A stretch of DNA of 40,850 nt from an uncultured Actinotalea sp. (GTDB taxonomy: Bacteria; Actinomycetota; Actinomycetes; Actinomycetales; Cellulomonadaceae), in assembly GCA_963521045.1 (NCBI GenBank), contig CAUQTR010000001.1, positions 1 through 40,850 on the forward strand, given 5' to 3'. A program made the position numbers and the translations under genes. The notes beneath the pieces were generated by a model, which was given only the letters and a program-made list of their open reading frames with translations, searched no databases and was not told where the DNA came from. Positions within the stretch are counted from its first letter, which is position 1. Every line of letters begins with the position of its first letter. Shown here piece after piece: positions 37,120 to 40,850 of the stretch.

Positions 37120-40100
37120 CTACGGGGCACTACGGGACATTACGGACCTTGCCAGTCCCTTCTCTGCACTGTAAAGACTCGCGCTCAGCCGGTGAGACGT
37201 CGTCTGTGGCGACGTCGGGGACTGCTGCAAGCCGTGCCCGTGGCCGGGGCGCCCCGGCTTCCCGGGGTGGTCCGGCTTCCCGGGGTGGTCCGGCTTCGGC
37301 TTGGAGTTGCCCCTGCCGGGCTGGTCGACGGTGAACGACGTCACCGGCGAGCGGTGCACGGCGCCGTACGGGTCGCTCGTGACGACGTACCAGGAGTAGT
37401 CGCCGTCGTGCCGGTCGTACCACCACGCCTCGACCACGCTGCCGCTCGCCACCGTGCCGAGGTCGGCGATGACGCGGTCGGTCAGCACCTCGACCTCGAG
37501 CGCGTCCGTCGCGAGCACCTTGGTCGCCCGCTCGATGCCGAGCGCCGCATAGCTGACCTCGAACTCCTGGTGCTCGAGGTCGAGCGTGGGGTCCGTCGAG
37601 TTGTACTGCATGAGGTACGGCGAGAACGTCCGCACGAGCATCCGCTCGCCCTCGTTGTCGAAGTGCAGCAGCCGCAGGAACGCCTGCCCGCCCTCGGGCA
37701 GCCCCTGGTAGTCGAAGAGCATCTGGTGGACGGTGCGGTCGGGCACCCCGTCGCCGTCGTCGTCGAACTCGTCGATGCGCGTGAAGGCGTCGTGGTAGTG
37801 CCCGGACATCACCATCGACACGTTCGGGTTGGTCGCGACGACCTCGTCCTGGATGCGCTGCGGGATCGGACCGAGGCCCCCGGTCGTGAGCATGTACTCG
37901 TGCAGGTTGATGATCGCCGTGCGCTCGGGGTACCGGGCGAGCACGTCGTTCATCCAGGCGATCGCGTCGTCGCCCGGGGCCCAGCCCATCGAGACCACGA
38001 TGAAGTCGATCCCGCCGGCGGTCACCAGGTCGTAGTGGCCGCGGTTGTCCTGGAAGTCGCCGCCGTACCAGGGGTTGCCCGCGTACCGGTCGGCGCCGAA
38101 CCACCGCGAGAACGCCGTGTAGTCGGCCTCCGCGTGGCCGACGTCGTGGTTGCCGGCGAGCACGCCGTACGGCAGGCCGGCCTCGTCGAGCATCCGGTAC
38201 GCCGGGTCGGCGTTGAGCCACTGGTACTCCTGGTCGTGCGCGTCCACCACGTCGCCCGTGTGGAACACGTACTGCAGGTTGAGCTCCTCGCGGCGCTCCA
38301 GCAGGTACTCGTGGATGTCGAGCTGCCGCTCGTAGTAGCTCGCGTTGTAGTACTGCGTGTCCGACTCCCAGGCGAGCGTGACGTCGTACTCGGAGCGGGC
38401 GACGTCGTCCGGGTGGTACGGGGTGACGGCCGTCTCGCGCGTGCTGAGGTCCGCGCCGGCGAAGCCCTCCGAGTGCTGCACCAGCAGCCGCACGGCGCCG
38501 TCGGTGACGTGGTCGGTGACCGGCACGGTCGCTGCGAGCGCGATGTCGGTCGGCGCGCCGCCGGTGGTCAGCGCGCGGTCGACCTCCTCCCACGCGTTCG
38601 TCGCCGTGCTCCACACGTAGAGCAGCACCTTGGCGTCGGCGTTCGCTCGCCCGTCCCAGCTGATCCGGACCTGCGACCCGTCGCCGAGGCCGTCCTCGAC
38701 CGGGACCTCGAACAGCTGGTACGGCAGGGCGTCGTCGGACGTCACCTGCGTGTCGACGCCGTCGTCGCCGACCATGGCCTCGAGCTGGGCGCCGGTGAGC
38801 AGCGTGTCCCCTGCGAGGTCGAGTGCGGCCGCGTCGCGGGTGGTGCCGCTGAGCGAGCGCACGCCCGCGTCGGTCGGATCGGCGCGGTGGCCCTCGCGGA
38901 GCTCGACGTCCAGCCGGTCGCCGGTCGGGTCGGTGACGCGGGTGCGGAGCAGCACGTCGTCGTCGCGCACGGTGGCGCCGTCGCGCGGGCTGAGCGCCTG
39001 CCCGGTCGGCATCTCCTCCGGCGTCGTGAAGGTGACGGTCCGCGTCGTGGCGTTCCCGACGGCGTCCGTGGCCTCGAGCGTGAACGTGTGCTCGCCGGCG
39101 GCGAGGTCGAGGGACGACGTCGCGTGCGGCAGCGTCACGGCCTGCCCGTCGAGCTCCGCGGTGAGCGAGGCGAGGCCCGAGCCGGCGTCGGTCGCGGCGC
39201 CGTCGAGCGTGAACGCGCCCTGGTAGCGGCGACCGTCCACGACGCCGGTGGTGACCTGCGGACCGGTGTTGTCGACGAGGACCGTGCGGGTGACCGTCGT
39301 CGCGCCGTCGGTCGCGGTGACCGTGTGCTCGCCGTCGGCCACGGCGGTCGTGTCCCACGGGTACGCGACGGCGGCGAAGGCGTCGTCGGGCAGCGTGAAC
39401 GCCGAGGAGGCGACGTCGAGCTTGCCCGCGCTGTCCCCCATCGCGATCCACTGGCCGGGGTCGGCGGCGCGCAGCGTGCGGCCGTCGGGCAGGACGAGGC
39501 GCAGGTTGCGCACCTGGAAGTCGTCGTTGTTCTCGTCCGGGTCGATCTCGGGCGCGGCCTTGGTGCCCGCGTAGATGTCGACGACGAGGTCCTCGCCCTG
39601 GCGCACCAGGTCGAGTGGGACGGGCGTGGAGACGGTGACCTCGGCGGCGTAGAAGCCCTCGTCGAAGACGTGCAGCACCTGGTCGCCGACGAGCACGCCG
39701 TTGCGGAAGAACGCGTCCGTCGCGGAGGCCTCGAAGGCGAACACCGGCGCGCCCTCGAGCGACGCCTGCGTGGGCGCGACCGGGGCGCCGTCGACGCTCA
39801 GCGTGATGGGCGAGGGGTAGACGTCGCCCGCGGCGCTGAGCCGCGCGGTGCCGGCGAGGTAGGTGCCGTCGGCGACCGACAGGCGCACCGGGCTCTGGTC
39901 GACGCCGGCCACGGGGACGCGGCGCACCTCCGTCGTCGTCGTGCGCGTGCCGTCGGACGCGGTGACCGCGTACTCGAGCCAGCGCTTGCCGGTGAGGTCC
40001 ACCTGGTTGATGGTCAGGCGGTAGCGGCCGTCCTCGCCGGCCTCGAGGTTGTGGCTGATCGCGGCGTCGTCGACGTTGCTGCGCAGGCTCAGGGTCGCGG

Positions 40101-40850
40101 TGAGGACGCGGACGTCGTCGGTGATGCCGAGGTCGACGACGAAGTCCTGACCCGGCACGGCCTCGGCGGGCGTCGCGTCCTCGACGACCGGCGTCGCGGC
40201 GTCCGGGGCCGGGGCGACGAGCGCTGCGGGCACCTGGTCGGGCGTCACCGTGCCGGGGGTCGCGGGGGCGAGGCCGGCGAGCAGGCGGCGCCGCGGGTCC
40301 TGCGGGTCGACGGCGTAGCGGATGCCCTGGTCGGCGACGGTGTCGTCCGCGCCGGCCAGGTTGTAGTACGCCGTGCTGACCGGGAAGCCGGTGTTCGTCA
40401 CGACCTCCAGACCGCGCGGCGAGCCGTTGGCCATGCCACCGACGAACGACTCGACCAGGTCGACGCCGGGCGTCAGGGCGGTGCCGAACGCGGCGTTGAA
40501 GTCGGCCGCGGTGAGGTGGTCGTTGCTGCCGTTCTTCACCCAGACGACGAGCGTGCCGCCCGGCGCGATCACGACCGAGCGCGGCACACTCGGCCACTCG
40601 ACGACGTTGGTGTTGACCAGCGCGCTGTCGGGGTAGAGGTAGTCGAGCGTGTAGTGGCCGTAGTCGATCGGCTCCGTGGTCGCGTTGTAGAGCTCGATGA
40701 ACTCGTAGGCATCGGCGCCGGCGACGTTGCGGGTGTCGGGCAGGAGCTCGGTGACGAGCAGTGGTGCGGCGCCGGCGACGGGATCGGGGGCCGGGGTCGG
40801 GTCGGTGTCGGGCGTGGGCTCCGGGTCGGGGGTGGGCTCCGGGTCCGGCG
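37120..40850 (-). CDS. Large extracellular lamin-tail-domain / Ig-like / calcineurin-like metallophosphoesterase protein (5' partial)
   Basis: The frame stays open to the window edge (PDPEPT linker, LTD VTELLPD...YEFIELYN). Phosphoesterase motifs SDTQYY, HTGDVVD, GNHD, SGHYH. Confidence 0.85.
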   Translation of the reverse strand, partial: PDPEPTPDPEPTPDTDPTPAPDPVAGAAPLLVTELLPDTRNVAGADAYEFIELYNATTEPIDYGHYTLDYLYPDSALVNTNVVEWPSVPRSVVIAPGGTLVVWVKNGSNDHLTAADFNAAFGTALTPGVDLVESFVGGMANGSPRGLEVVTNTGFPVSTAYYNLAGADDTVADQGIRYAVDPQDPRRRLLAGLAPATPGTVTPDQVPAALVAPAPDAATPVVEDATPAEAVPGQDFVVDLGITDDVRVLTATLSLRSNVDDAAISHNLEAGEDGRYRLTINQVDLTGKRWLEYAVTASDGTRTTTTEVRRVPVAGVDQSPVRLSVADGTYLAGTARLSAAGDVYPSPITLSVDGAPVAPTQASLEGAPVFAFEASATDAFFRNGVLVGDQVLHVFDEGFYAAEVTVSTPVPLDLVRQGEDLVVDIYAGTKAAPEIDPDENNDDFQVRNLRLVLPDGRTLRAADPGQWIAMGDSAGKLDVASSAFTLPDDAFAAVAYPWDTTAVADGEHTVTATDGATTVTRTVLVDNTGPQVTTGVVDGRRYQGAFTLDGAATDAGSGLASLTAELDGQAVTLPHATSSLDLAAGEHTFTLEATDAVGNATTRTVTFTTPEEMPTGQALSPRDGATVRDDDVLLRTRVTDPTGDRLDVELREGHRADPTDAGVRSLSGTTRDAAALDLAGDTLLTGAQLEAMVGDDGVDTQVTSDDALPYQLFEVPVEDGLGDGSQVRISWDGRANADAKVLLYVWSTATNAWEEVDRALTTGGAPTDIALAATVPVTDHVTDGAVRLLVQHSEGFAGADLSTRETAVTPYHPDDVARSEYDVTLAWESDTQYYNASYYERQLDIHEYLLERREELNLQYVFHTGDVVDAHDQEYQWLNADPAYRMLDEAGLPYGVLAGNHDVGHAEADYTAFSRWFGADRYAGNPWYGGDFQDNRGHYDLVTAGGIDFIVVSMGWAPGDDAIAWMNDVLARYPERTAIINLHEYMLTTGGLGPIPQRIQDEVVATNPNVSMVMSGHYHDAFTRIDEFDDDGDGVPDRTVHQMLFDYQGLPEGGQAFLRLLHFDNEGERMLVRTFSPYLMQYNSTDPTLDLEHQEFEVSYAALGIERATKVLATDALEVEVLTDRVIADLGTVASGSVVEAWWYDRHDGDYSWYVVTSDPYGAVHRSPVTSFTVDQPGRGNSKPKPDHPGKPDHPGKPGRPGHGHGLQQSPTSPQTTSHRLSASLYSAEKGLARSVMSRSAP
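37254..37296. repeat. 18-bp coding tandem repeat (KPDHPG x2+)
   Basis: CCGGCTTCCCGGGGTGGT repeated within the C-terminal tail of the metallophosphoesterase. Confidence 0.75.

Noticed and set aside
40780..40850. Repeats at the window end
   Set aside because: They encode a PDPEPT Pro/Thr linker within the large secreted protein.

Overview
High-GC actinobacterial chromosome segment (gene content resembles Cellulomonas/Actinotalea; this is an inference). Bases 1-18.5 kb are backbone: a LacI-controlled GH39 + sugar ABC operon, a c-di-GMP-I riboswitch in front of a STAS/SEC14-like + HAMP-GGDEF operon, a TetR-controlled Opp/Dpp-type ABC + GH3 operon, a mycothiol-dependent isomerase-family gene and an aldo/keto reductase. 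Bases ~18.5-36.4 kb form a composite defence island integrated at the 3' half of a tRNA-Arg(CCT) gene (36352-36424, minus). Three related att cores with conserved arm sequences split it into two tandem elements. The ~3.9 kb element has no integrase and carries an IS3 remnant plus a TIR-STAND-TPR (NLR/Avs-like) gene with an atypical Walker A. The ~14 kb element carries a Lamassu/ABC-3C system, a DUF1889-like orphan, a NERD nuclease, a MOBF relaxase-xis-tyrosine integrase module, a stand-alone STAND/Cdc6-like ATPase and a DUF559/Vsr-like nuclease. Beyond the tRNA are a small secreted protein and a partial large LTD/metallophosphoesterase gene. All family calls come from motif recognition by eye; no database searches were run.
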